From Rhizodiscina lignyota (taxonomy: Eukaryota), in assembly GCA_010015805.1 (NCBI GenBank), contig ML978141.1:124001-188000 (forward strand): DNA of 64,000 bases. Direction: 5' to 3'. The position numbers and the translations under genes were made by a program. Every line of letters begins with the position of its first letter. Positions within the stretch are counted from its first letter, which is position 1. Positions 11,728 to 23,581 of this stretch are shown here, piece after piece. The notes beneath the pieces were generated by a model. That model was given only the letters and a program-made list of their open reading frames with translations, was not told where the DNA came from and made no database searches.

Positions 11728-13517
11728 ATGGCAAGCACCGACTCCGCCGAACAGAGTCTTTCTTCGGACTACAAATCCGCGGATGCGGACAAGAAAGCAA
11801 CAATTTCACCTACCACTTATATATCTACGAATGATCTCTCTCATGTTGACGCTGAAAAGCACCTCTCACCAACGGCCAATGATGACGACCCACTCTCACC
11901 TGAAGAGGAAAGAGTCATTAATGGATGGAGATGGGCTCTGGCCTGTATTGCTCTTTATATATCGGTGTTCCTCTTTGCGCTCGACAATACCATCGTTGCC
12001 GATGTGCAAGCTCCTGTCGTAGAGCGATTTGGCCAAGTGGAGAAAGTCGGTTGGCTTGGTATCGGGTTTCCGCTCGGCGGATGTATGGCTTGTCTTACAT
12101 TGGGGAAGCTCTTCGGCCTGTTCGAAAATAAGTGGCTGTATATTGCTAGCATTATCATGTTTGAGGCTGCTAGCGCTCTATGTGGTGGAGCGCCTACTAT
12201 GGACGCTCTTGTAGTCGGAAGAGTCTGGGCTGGCCTTGGCGGTGTGGGCATGTATTTGGGGTGAGTCTCGCGCGAGTCGCCATCATATCGGCTGAGAAGC
12301 ACCTGACATGATACAGCACGCTAAATCTTATATCATCCTATACTCGAACAGCGGAGCGACCACTATATATTGCGGGTACTGCTCCGGCATGGGGACTGGG
12401 CTGCATTCTCGGTCCTGTTTTCGGTGGCGCCTTTGCCGACTCAAGCGCGACATGGAGGTGGTCGTTCTATTTGAACCTTGTCCTCTTTGGCGCCACTGCT
12501 CCCGTGCTACTTTTCATCCTCAAGCCGGTTCGCCCCCAACCAAATACACCATTGCTGGAGAAACTCAAGAGCGTTGATTGGACAGGAGGGGCGCTTACTC
12601 TTGCTGCATACGCATTATTCGTTGTCCCTGTTACTTTCGGCGGCGCACAATGGTCATGGGGCTCTGGCGGTTCAATTATCCTGTTCGTTTTATTTGGTGT
12701 ATGTTTGATCGCGTTGGTTCTCCAGCAGGGCTTCTCCATCCTGACCACACCGGAGCGGCGCGTTTTCCCAGTCGACCTGCTCAAGAGCCGTACTCAGATT
12801 CTACTATACATCAGCACAGCCTGCGGCGCTTGCGCTCTCTTCACTGGAGTCTATTACATCCCGCTATTTTTCGCCTTCGTTCACAATACCAATGGGATCC
12901 ATTCTGCAGTCCACCTCCTGCCATTCATATGCGTCGCCATCACCGTTGCGTTTTTCGGAGGAATCCTGCTTCCAACGGCAGGTAGATATATGCCTTTCTA
13001 CCTGGTCTCCGGCTCATTCCAGTTGATTGCTGCATGTCTCTTCTTCACACAGATCAACACCGACACATCCAGTGCAAAGATCTACGGCTTCAGTGCACTG
13101 ATGGGGGTTGGCGCCGGTCTCACTCAGCAAGCCGCGTTCAGCATCTCACCAATGCTGGTACCGGCTGATCGCGCCTCTGATGCCCTTAACTTCATATCCC
13201 TCGCTCAAACCAGCGGAATTCTCCTTTCGTTGACGATCTCAAGTGCTGTGTTTCAGAACGTTGGGTTCAGAAACTTGCAGAATGCGCTGCGAGGGCTCGA
13301 TCTGCCGGCTGCGGATATACACGCCGCACTCGCGGGAGCTAAGAGTGACCTACTTACAACTCTGCCTCCGGCATTTAGAGAGAAGGCGATTGTGGCTATC
13401 GTAAATGCTCTCAGGGATGGTTATTTGCTCGTCGTCGCGGGCGGCAGTATAGCAATCGTATGCGCGTTGTTGATGAAGAGAGGGAGGATGACTTTTGCTC
13501 CCCCTACTGCTGGATAA
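11728..13517 (+). CDS. MFS drug:H+ antiporter (DHA2, 14-TM efflux pump)
   Basis: LFALDNTIVADVQ, FEAASALCGGAPTMDALVVGRVWAGLGG, WRWSFYLNL, YYIPLFF motifs. One intron, 12261-12316. Confidence 0.92.
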
Positions 13518-14694
13518 TGTTCCTGCGTGTTATGAATAGCTCAGTTCTCCATGTCTTCTTGCGGATACTGCAACGCCTCCACCATCTCAGTTGGATTGGT
13601 ATATAGACAGAAACTGAGGGCTATCTTCACGCGGAACCTAGAAATCCCTTTCTTAATATCATGTTTGTGATGATGTCGTATTGAAATTGTACTGTAATTC
13701 GGAAATATAATCCCTTTGCATCCAGAGAGCGACCCAATCAAGTTAAGCCCAAAATCGTGTCCGGCTCATCCTCGGTTCAGCCACTGGACAAGCCAGGAAA
13801 GCCTCCGCTGCGGCTGAGATTCGACTTCCTCTTCTCCATTTCCATCTCACTCGCCCTCAGTGTCCGTTTCTCGGCCACGGCGTTGCTTACCACCTATTAA
13901 TTCACAATTACCTTTGTACCTCCGCATATCGTCGCTTCCAGCAGCTCGTATGAGCTGGCTCTAGGATCCCAGAAATGACTAAAGCTACCCCTAGATCCTT
14001 CATATTTCAGAGTATCATACACCGTATACAGTTCTCATACGGCGTTTGATTTAGAGCATAGCGCTTCAAGATGTTCATTTTATAGTCACTCTTCTTTTCC
14101 AGCCCTCGCCTTTCACCCATCAGAAGGTCGACTCCCTTTAATTCGTCTGAGTCCATTTTACTGAACTTCCTTCTTAATTTTTCCTTCATATGTTTTCTAT
14201 TAACTACCGCATTTGGTTGATTTCGACCGAGCCAGCTCTCGCCGTGATACCGTATTATAATCCCGAACCGATCTTTTAACTCTCTAGCCGCAGCCGAGAA
14301 CTAATACGCATATAGTGGATACATATATGGTACCGGTACGTTGTATCATATTCACGAAAAAGAATATCTCTGATGCAGCTCAGGAAACGGTTGAGGGAAG
14401 GAAACCTAGGATACTACAGGGCCATATTCGATCGAATCCGGTTCATGACACTCGACAGGGATCCACTCGCCTCCATCCTTTTCAGCATCGGTATGCTGCG
14501 GAGCCTGTGGAGCTCGATAATAAGATGGCGTTGTATCAAAACAATTCGACGTGGAGTTTCAGCCTTTCCAGGAAGCAAACAAATGTCGTTGTCCGCAGGA
14601 CTTTCAGGAGTCGGATCCAGGAAAGGAACACGCTTGCAACGGATGTTGACATACTGATATCTGCTACAAGAAGTCTCACAATGTGTGCAGGCCT

Positions 14695-17084
14695 TCATCT
14701 CTGCCACGTAGTCCACGCTGCATCATTCTCTCCTTCATTCCCGGTGGTTCTCATCAGGCTCTCGAAGAAAGCCATATCGACGCCTTGGAACGCCCAGTCC
14801 TCCCCTCCAGCGATCAATCCAGGATACTCTCCAGGTTGTGAAAAAGGATCCGATAAACTGTTCTGGAGTTGTGGCGGGCAGTGCGTAGCGATATCTTTCG
14901 GGCCAGCGGCCGGGATTGAAGATTCTCCGGATTGTACCTGAGTTCCTGCATAAATATCTGGGCCCTCTTGGGACATCCTCGAGGGTGCCTCGAATTGGCA
15001 GTGACTAGTCGTGACCGGTGTCATCATCCTAACATCTGGAATTCCACCAGACTCCCCAAGCCCTGAGGGATGCTTCGGAGGATCTGTACTGGTTGTGCTG
15101 GATTTGTCCACCACCTGCAACTGAAGTGAGCGATTAGCTGTCGCAGTAGCTCGTGGTTTGGGGACCTCCTTGCTCATTCTATCACGGGCAATCTTGATTA
15201 TGCCAAAATAAGGAATATGTACGGTCACGACAGCATCACCATCCTGATTTTGTATCTCCGTCTCGGTCCCTGCTTCTTGCACGCTCACTCTTGCAGTACC
15301 AGATGAACAGCCATCCGCCGTCTCAACCTCGACAGTCAACAGTCGGCGTAGCAATTCGGCGCTCTGGGCACTGAGTGCATCTGAATTGAGACGATTAATC
15401 TCTTTCATATTCTCCTGCGTCTGCTCAATCATTGCGCGATCACTGAGATACTGGTGAGCGAGGATATTCTCCGTCTCTGAGTGATGACTATCAAGGTGGG
15501 CCAAGAGCAAGGTCATGGCGGCCATGAGGGCGAGGAAGTCAATGGTGCGACAACTAAAGGCGATCCGATTGAAGCTGCGTAGTGCGATGAAGCGGGAGAG
15601 CACCTCCCGCGAGGCGTTCACACAGGTGATTCGGGAATACTCGTATTGACGCTCGGCCGACGAAGAGCGAAGCATGTAAGGCAGATGGAGCTGGTTGAGG
15701 AGATTGTAATGGAGCACCTGCGCGAACAGCCGCCGAATTTCCCAGAACACGGCCTGCGAATCAGTTGAGGCAATACCCAGATTCAGTGCCAACCACCACT
15801 TGCTGGGGAGGCTCCTGGCTGCTCTCTGAAGCTCCATATCGAGGGTTCGCGTCAGGGCGAGGTCATGGGAGCTGGGGTTCGATTCGTTACGCTCCAGGAT
15901 CCGAGAGGCGAGAACGCAATGCATTCGCTCGAGGCATCCCATAGGAGTATCGTTTGCAAGCATTGCATCGGAGGCCATGCTGCGATCGAGACAGCCCTGT
16001 GGAAGGCCCAACATGAGACACAGATGGCGATCTAGAAAGACGATTCGAAACCACATGAGCTCCGGATCATATTTCGTCTTGGGGTCAAGTACCTGATGTC
16101 GTGTTTGACTATCTAATCGGTTGAGTCCCATCAGCTGTGCAATACCCATGGCTTTCCGGCACGCTACCCAGCTTCGTCGAAGATTCCCGACATTCATCTG
16201 ATACATGCTCTCAAGCATGACGCACTCCAGGCCTTCGATGCTGCCAAGAAGCTCGTCATTTGTCGTGATGAGACTATGAGCAAGACCTGCTAACCGTTCC
16301 TTCATGGCTCGTGGCGATTCCGACAGGCCTTTTATCTCCTTGTGAATATCAGGATGAAGATGCTGCAGGAAGCCGGCAAGCTGGAGCATATGCCTCGATA
16401 TCAGAACAGGATGCTGATTTGGTTTAGGAATCTCCAGCAAGGTTTCGGGCGTTTTCAGACCATTCTGGCCGAGGCTGGCATATGACATTGTCAATATTTC
16501 ATGGGCGAGGACAGAGGTGTGACGGCTGGCTTTGCATATCCTCTCCGTATCCTCTCGCGATGGCAGTGATTCATGCAAGAACCAAGACAGCCTCTGGTAC
16601 CCAGGAAGAGCATCATTGCTGGTTATATGATACTGGTGGAAGTGGTCAGAAGTCGTTACACGCTATCGGAAAGTCGGATACGAACATCGGAAGATTTGTA
16701 CAACGCCAGATATCGAGCAGGCTCTGAGCTCCTTGAGAGGGGAGTGAGAATGTCAAAGTCCGCCCTTCTACCTCCCTCACTGGGCGTCGTGGGTGTTCTT
16801 TCATCATGCGCAACCAGAGTTTCAAGTCTCACAACGTCGGCACCCATCCTATCGGTCTTGTCCTTGGAAAGGGAGATCTCCTCAGGGAACTCCTGGCTGA
16901 CACATTTGGAGCCCCGTCGCCGACAGCCGTTGCAGGTCGTACTAACGAGCGGGTTGAATATACACTTCATCTTCCGTCGCTTGCATTCCCAGCAGCTGTG
17001 GGTCCCCTTCCGGACCTTTCTACGCTTCGCGTCCGATTGGGCTTGATCTGAAGCCGCAGAACGTGGTGTAGATATTGTGTTCAT
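14695..17084 (-). CDS. Zn2Cys6 transcription factor with fungal TF middle-homology region
   Basis: RKVRKGTHSCWECKRRKMKC...CNGCRRRGSKCVSQ. Intron 16633-16685 joins to the long exon containing GNLRRSW, WFRIVFLDRHLCLMLGLP and LHLPYML. Confidence 0.92.
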
Positions 17085-17244
17085 GCTTTCAACGGAGTTG
17101 GTCTACCGGCGGAAACGATTCCGCTTGCTGGTAGATCACGTACTCGACTCGCGAGTGCTGAAGACGAAAAGTCAAATGTCAGGAGGAGGCCGGCGGAGGA
17201 AGGAGTCCTGCCCTTTTTAACGACGATCTCCGGATGACTAAGCA

Positions 17245-17345
17245 CGGCGGTCGAAATTCAACCGGGAGCACGGCGGACGAATATGCCCATCAGCCAATAG
17301 CAACTCGCCATCATCGAGACGGCCAGGAGGTCGCGGCGGCCGAAT
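17245..17345 (+). promoter_or_regulatory. Triplicated CGGCGGNCGAAW motif in the TF/MFS divergent promoter
   Basis: CGGCGGTCGAAA at 17245, CGGCGGACGAAT at 17271, CGGCGGCCGAAT at 17334. CGG triplets are the typical Zn2Cys6 half-sites. Confidence 0.55.
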
Positions 17346-17687
17346 CATGGAAAAGTCCAAGATTCTCACATGTGGATAACATGATACAGTGTTTATTCAT
17401 GTCGGCCGTGTCGTCAATATCTCTACGCGGCTGACAGAGAAAGGTGACAAATGTGCCCCCGACGCTTCCTGCGTTTCTCTGTTCTGTGAGCTGCTCATCT
17501 GCATAAATATCGACATTGTGTTATTTGTGCTTTTCCCAAGTGCCTACTCGTATGTACAGCCAGCTTGAATGCGCTGATTTGTACGCTCATACTTCGTAAT
17601 TTACTCGAGAATTGTCCTCCTGAGTCAATAGATCCTCATCCACTCAACAGCCCGACAAGGCATAGCGACGAGGATCAGCTAAGAAAC

Positions 17688-19530
17688 ATGTCTTCCCAGA
17701 GTTCAGACTTGGAGAGCAACAAGAAAGCCGAGATGGAAACAAGCAACCCGACAGTCTCGGTTCTCTCGACCAGCAACGGCGAGCACTCCATGGCCGACAA
17801 CACCCAAGAGAAGCAAGATAGCGCTGTCCCCTTGCCTGCTGGTGACGAAGAGCCCGAGTACGCGACAGGCTTGCGGCTTTTTCTCACCATGTTCACCATT
17901 CTCATGAGCTCTCTGCTCGCTGCCCTCGAGATTGGAATCATCGCCACCGCAATTCCCGGCATCACCGACGAGTTCCACCGACTTGAAGACGTCGGATGGT
18001 ATGGTAGCGCCACTTTCCTCGTCGCCGGTCCCTCTTCGCCAATGTGGGGCAAGCTGTACAAGTACTTCAATGTCAAGTACGCTTATCTTTCCTCTGTTGC
18101 ATTATATTTGCTTGGGAGCATTGTGGCTGCAGCGGCTCCAAATAGTGCTGCCGTCATAGTTGGCCGGGCCATTCAAGGTTTGGGAGGCTCAGGTACTCTC
18201 AGCGGCTCCCTCTCATCATCAATTACGTGGCCGAGCCCAAGAGACGTCCTATGCTGATCGGCATCTGGATGGGCGTCTTTATGATATCGACTATTCTCGG
18301 ACCTATCATTGGCGGCGCCTTCACAAGCGAAGTTTCTTGGCGATGGTGTTTCTGGATCAGCCTGCCGCTCGGAGCTCCCATCGTTGTCCTTAGTTTACTC
18401 TTCTTGCGGATGCCGAAACATATAAAACCAGTCCCGGCCACGTGGAAAGAGATCTTCGGACACCTTGATCTTCCGGGTTTCAGCTTGTTACTCGCCTCGC
18501 TTGTATGCTTCACCTTGGCACTGCAATGGGGTGGTCAGATCAAAGCATGGAATGACGGCTCTGTTATCACCACATTGGTCCTCTGGGTATCCTTTACCAT
18601 TATTTTCTTCATCGTCGAGGGGCTCCAGGGTGCCCGCGCCATGGTTCCGTTGAAGCTACTTAGACCACGAATAGTATGGACTAATGCATTGTACTGCTTC
18701 ACGTGAGTATCTAGTCCCCTATTATTCATGTTATTCCCAGTATCTGCAACAGAGATTGACCAGTCCAGCTCCAATTCGGCTTTATTCCAGGTTATATTCT
18801 ATCTCCCCATCTACTTCCAGTCCATCCACGGCAAGTCAGCAATCATGAGCGGCGTCGACAGCCTTCCTTTCTTGGCCTTCTTTGCTTTGGGAGCCGTGGT
18901 TAGTGGGGCGGCCATTGGGAAGACACTTCTCCTGCAGCCATACCAACTGACCAGCGCACTCTTGATGACTGCTGGCATGGCCTTGTTTTACACCATGGAT
19001 GTCGACTCATCTCAAGCTCGGTACATTGGCCCTGAGATCCTCTTTGGATTTGGTCTTGGCCTCAGTAATCAAATCCCAATGACCGCCGTGCAGGGTTTCT
19101 CTAAGCCTGCAGACGTGACAAGCTCTACTGGTATCATTTTCAGTGGGTGTCCAACAAGAATATGCATTCTGCTACATATTTACTATTTCCACTAATACCC
19201 TTACCAGTGTGCCAACCCCTCAGTGGCGCTTACTTCCTCGGGATAGCGCAGTCGATCTTCGCCAATCGAATGCTGCAGACACTTGAGACCACTCCATCCA
19301 ACGTCGACGCTGTCAAGGTCTTAAACACGGGCGCTTCCGAAATCCAGCACGTCTTCAGTGGTGGAGATCTGGCCGCTGTGGTCGGTGCTTATATGGTTGG
19401 GATCAAGGACGTATTTGCCTTTGCTCTGGCTGCCTCGGCATTCGCTGTCCTCCTTGCTTTTATGATTCCTTTCAAGAAGCTTCCTGATTATGACAGCAAG
19501 AAGACGGAGGAAAAAGTGGCGACTGTCTAG
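17688..19530 (+). CDS. MFS toxin efflux pump (DHA2, GliA/AflT-like), frameshifted near 18210 (pseudogene or sequence error)
   Basis: IIATAIPGITDEF...DVGWYGSA, IVGRAIQGLG, GPIIGGAFTSEVSWRWCFWI, YLPIYFQSI motifs. The frame changes within AGC GGC TCC CT CTC ATC ATC AAT TAC, with no intron to restore it. Confidence 0.85.
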
Positions 19531-20017
19531 GCCTAGCGAGGAACAACTTGATTATCGCGGCAGAAGCCTGATTTCCTTCGAAGTTACCATCATAAAAAGG
19601 ACTTTCCAGATATGTTGTTCACCCAGGCGCGCATTTGGATCCAAGTTGTGTGAGAGTAGCACTGTAACGGTTTAAACCACCTCGGCGGATATTCTCTCGT
19701 TACGGCGGGCACGCCCGTTTATCAACATGTTATGCAATGGTGCAGCTGCCATATTAATGTTGATACCGTTCCGGAGAACGTGTCGAAAGTTTTCTGCCAC
19801 CGATCCCATACATTTATATCAATGGAAACGATAGGATGTGTACGGACGAGGCTGAGCTTTGATCCATCAGGAATTTTTCTTGCAATAGTAAAGCTATGAA
19901 GTCTGTGGACTTCCAGTCCGGGTAATAATTTTGAACTTAGACAATTACGTGCATTGAACAGTAATGAGTAAACTCAGTGCCCTGTCGTTCTCTGCTTGAC
20001 GGCGGAGCTACTCGTAT

Positions 20018-20803
20018 CTAATTGACTTTCTTCTCGCTCCCTGCTAGTCGACTCACGGCTGGCATCTTTCGTATCCACTCGTCCGCACCACCCTCGGCTG
20101 CGTCGACGAGCCATCGGGCCAGTGCTCCTCTCTTCTGTTGGATACTCCAACCAGGCGCGCCTATCCATCCCACGAACGTCTTGCCATCATTCCTGTCACT
20201 CTGCCAACTTGCCTCATCGTCACCCCCGGGGATATATGCGATGCGGTAGACGGTCCAGTCGAGACTCGCGGCTTCTCGCTCAAAAACATCGGCAATGGCT
20301 AGAACGTTGCTGTAGGCAACATTGTAGAATATTCGCACCACCAGCTTTAACACGGTTACCATAAAGGACCAGTGGTCTTCGGGCCGCGAGACCGAACCTG
20401 TACTCATGGCTAGGATACGTCGGACACCGTGCTCGTGCATCAACGGGAACACAGAGGATCGGTATATGTCCGCGTAAATGGTAGGAGGAATATTGAGATT
20501 TTGAATGGTGGGACCAAGAAGCGAGATTATGGCGCAGCTCTGGCTAATGGCAGTGGAAAGCAAGGTAAGGTTGTCCATCTCGCCCTTGATGACCTTAATG
20601 ATAAACGTTAGAACATTACACGTGGTCAAGATTTATGTTGAAATGATCACCTCGATGAACGGGCTTAACTTCAAGTCCTCAGGAATTTTAGAAGGGTTCC
20701 GGACATAGACGATGGTCGCACGCTTGCGGTAATTGAGCTCGCGCAGGACATTGATGCCAGTGGGTCCAGTGGCACCAAGAACAAGAATTTTGGAGCCCGC
20801 CAT
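20018..20803 (-). CDS. NAD(P)H-binding Rossmann-fold protein (flavin/biliverdin reductase B- or NmrA-like)
   Basis: KILVLGATGPTG, YVRNPSK, AIISLLG, LDWTVYR motifs. Intron 20594-20650. Confidence 0.85.
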
Positions 20804-21050
20804 TGTGACTCGAGATATTTCAGAAAGAACATTATGGGCAAATGGAGTTGCAGTCAGTATATATGTACTGCGAGATGGGAAGAGTAAAGGAGTCGCAGGG
20901 ACTATTTCTAGCCAATCAAGACGCTCCATGGTGCCAAGGCTGGCCGCGCGCGAGAGACACCGCGCGGTCCTCCCAGCGCGCGCTGCCTGACTCCGGCAGA
21001 CACCACGATATCCAGCGAGCACAACAAGTCTAACTCTCCGATGCTCCGTG

Positions 21051-22898
21051 ATGACAGATCCGAAAACTTCAACCGGCTGCTGGACGTGCCGGATCCGCCG
21101 TAAGGGATGCGACAATGCGTTTCCAGTCTGTCGAGGGTGTGAGGCGCTAGAGATTAGGTGCTACCACGAAAAGAGCAAGCCAGAGTGGATGGACAGTGGG
21201 AGCAGGCAGCAGGAGATGGCTCAAAAGATTAAAGCTGAGATCAAGCGTAATGCGAGGCGTCGTCAAGGCAGGCAAAAAATCCAGACTATTGTGCGAGACA
21301 TTGACGAAGCCACTCCCCTAAGCTCGACTCACCTGGATTTTAATTTGCCATCCTCCGCCAACCCAATAGCTTCTTCCCGCCAAACTCCTTCGACTCTCGG
21401 CTCCGAGATAGAACATGATGGCATTCCGTCCTCAGCAACAAGCACAATGTATGAGCGGAGCGCCTCGCTGGATCTCTCCGACAGTAGACCCAACCAGCAG
21501 GATTCAGACGAATCGACTATACAAGATGCTCCAGTGCCAAGTCTTTCTCTTCCGAATAAGCTTGAATTGATATTTGTCATGGCATACTTGGACTATGTCT
21601 TCCCTGTCTCATTTCCATTCTATCGACCTACCATACTCGAGGGCGGTCGCGGCTGGCTACTCAGCTCCATCTTGGGGAACAAGTGCCTCCACCATACTGT
21701 TATTAGCCTGACTTCGTACTTCTTTTCTGTTGTTGAGGTCAATCCTCAGTCCGCCAACCTGATATGTGGATCATACACCTGGGAAGCCCTGCAAAGCCAG
21801 ACAGAGCTAGCTCTAAAGAAGGCACAGCGTGATCTGCATGAAATCAGCTGCAATGGAGTTCACCAAAACATTTTGGGCAGCGCAAACCTGATAGAAAGCA
21901 TTGTAAATCTGCTGAGTGTTGAAGTCATCCTCGGCTCGAACGAAAACTGGCAAATGCACCTTGATGCTGCAAGCTTCTTATTCCAGCGGCTCCTCGACTC
22001 TCACAGGAAGGACGATCCATACTCCGCATTCTCACATATTCTCGAGCTAGTTGACGCCTTATCCTTCCGAAGACCTCCCGATTCACCCCTATGGAGTCCT
22101 GAGCAAGCTGCCTTCCGCTTCTTTTCCGCGATGCTTATATTCAATGACATTGTCGCCAGTACATCCCTCGAGCAATCCCCAAAACTATGCGAATGCTACC
22201 CTCATTTGCTAGGAAATGACCCACATCCAGAGCCAGACCCGTCACTGCAGCTGGCCGACTTTATCGGCTGTCAAAACTGGGCGTTGATAGCAATAGGTGA
22301 GATTGCCGCGCTCGATGCATGGAAGAAGTCCATGAAACAAATCAATCAGCTCTCTGTACCGGAATTGGTACAGCGCGGCGCTGTAATCGACCAGCATTTA
22401 CGGGACGGCCTGGCAGTTCTTGACAAGCCTGAGTCGCAAAATAGAGAAAAGAAACGTGTACCTATTACACAGCTCGACACTCTACTCTCTCATACACCCT
22501 GTGCACCAGAAACTATCAACGCCATCACCCACATCTGGGCTCTTGCGGCGCGCTCTTATCTTCTCACCACAATTTCGGGATGGCAAGTCGCCAACGCTGA
22601 ACTCCGCTCCAACGTTGCGCAAACGATTGGCCTCCTCACCGACTTGGCAACATCTCCTACGTGGATGCGCACGCTTGCCTGGCCGTTGTGTATAACGGGA
22701 TGCTTAGCTGATGAGGGAGAAGAAGTATTGTTGCGCCAGCTGCTCACTGACATGGGAGGCTTGCAGGCATTCGGTACGCTGCGTCAGGCTCTGAGCATCA
22801 TGGAGCATGCGTGGCGCAATCGCACGCAGATTGATACAGAGAATTGGGACCTCGCGGCGTGCCTGAGATGTTTGGGTCATCGGGCTCTGTTGGTGTGA
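21051..22898 (+). CDS. Zn2Cys6 transcription factor with Fungal_trans_2 (DUF3468)-type C-terminus
   Basis: GCWTCRIRRKGCDNAFPVCRGCEALEIRC; YLDYVFP, WQMHLDAA, GCQNW, WPLCITGCLA motifs. Single ORF. Confidence 0.92.
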   Translation: MTDPKTSTGCWTCRIRRKGCDNAFPVCRGCEALEIRCYHEKSKPEWMDSGSRQQEMAQKIKAEIKRNARRRQGRQKIQTIVRDIDEATPLSSTHLDFNLPSSANPIASSRQTPSTLGSEIEHDGIPSSATSTMYERSASLDLSDSRPNQQDSDESTIQDAPVPSLSLPNKLELIFVMAYLDYVFPVSFPFYRPTILEGGRGWLLSSILGNKCLHHTVISLTSYFFSVVEVNPQSANLICGSYTWEALQSQTELALKKAQRDLHEISCNGVHQNILGSANLIESIVNLLSVEVILGSNENWQMHLDAASFLFQRLLDSHRKDDPYSAFSHILELVDALSFRRPPDSPLWSPEQAAFRFFSAMLIFNDIVASTSLEQSPKLCECYPHLLGNDPHPEPDPSLQLADFIGCQNWALIAIGEIAALDAWKKSMKQINQLSVPELVQRGAVIDQHLRDGLAVLDKPESQNREKKRVPITQLDTLLSHTPCAPETINAITHIWALAARSYLLTTISGWQVANAELRSNVAQTIGLLTDLATSPTWMRTLAWPLCITGCLADEGEEVLLRQLLTDMGGLQAFGTLRQALSIMEHAWRNRTQIDTENWDLAACLRCLGHRALLV

Positions 22899-23581
22899 GC
22901 TAAGAGTCGTTCGTTGTAGCCAATTAAAGGCCTCGCCGGCATGGCGGGCAGAAGGGTTTGGGGCAGAGACAATACATTCATGCACCGAATCTCATCCTTG
23001 CTAAGCCCAGTAGGAGTCTGAATGATGGGGAGATCACGTCTCGCGACATGACTGGCGGGAGACTGTAGTCTTCACTGTTGTTGGAGAACATCTGATTGGG
23101 GCGGAAAGTCCGCCACAGCCTAGACGCTCCTTCACAGGATAACCAAATATCTAAACTCTAGACAGTCATCAGCCTAGGTGCGCCCTCCCGCCGATCAATC
23201 ATCAAGGCACGCAGGCCGAGGTGGACGCCACGTTTACTCACCGGCGACTCACACTTCGCTGTTGCGCCCCGTTTATCGGCTGAAGCTAAATTGGCTCGGT
23301 TTCGGAGAATTAATCTCAAGGGCAAGCGAAGCTGGGGTGTGTTAGACCGATTAGATTTGGAGGGAATGCCGCACAGCATTACAGGCGGCCACGCGGCCTC
23401 CATTGTTTGCAATAGCTTCGCCGGCGTATTATGTATCTCACATTGTAGAGCCTCAATAGCGCTCTGTCGAACAGGATGTGGTAAAAGAAGAATTTGGCAG
23501 TCGCGAGACACTTGGAATCTACATAATCAGGCACCAGTTCTGTAAAAAGTTCAACATAAGTTCCATTGTCCAGCTTGACCA

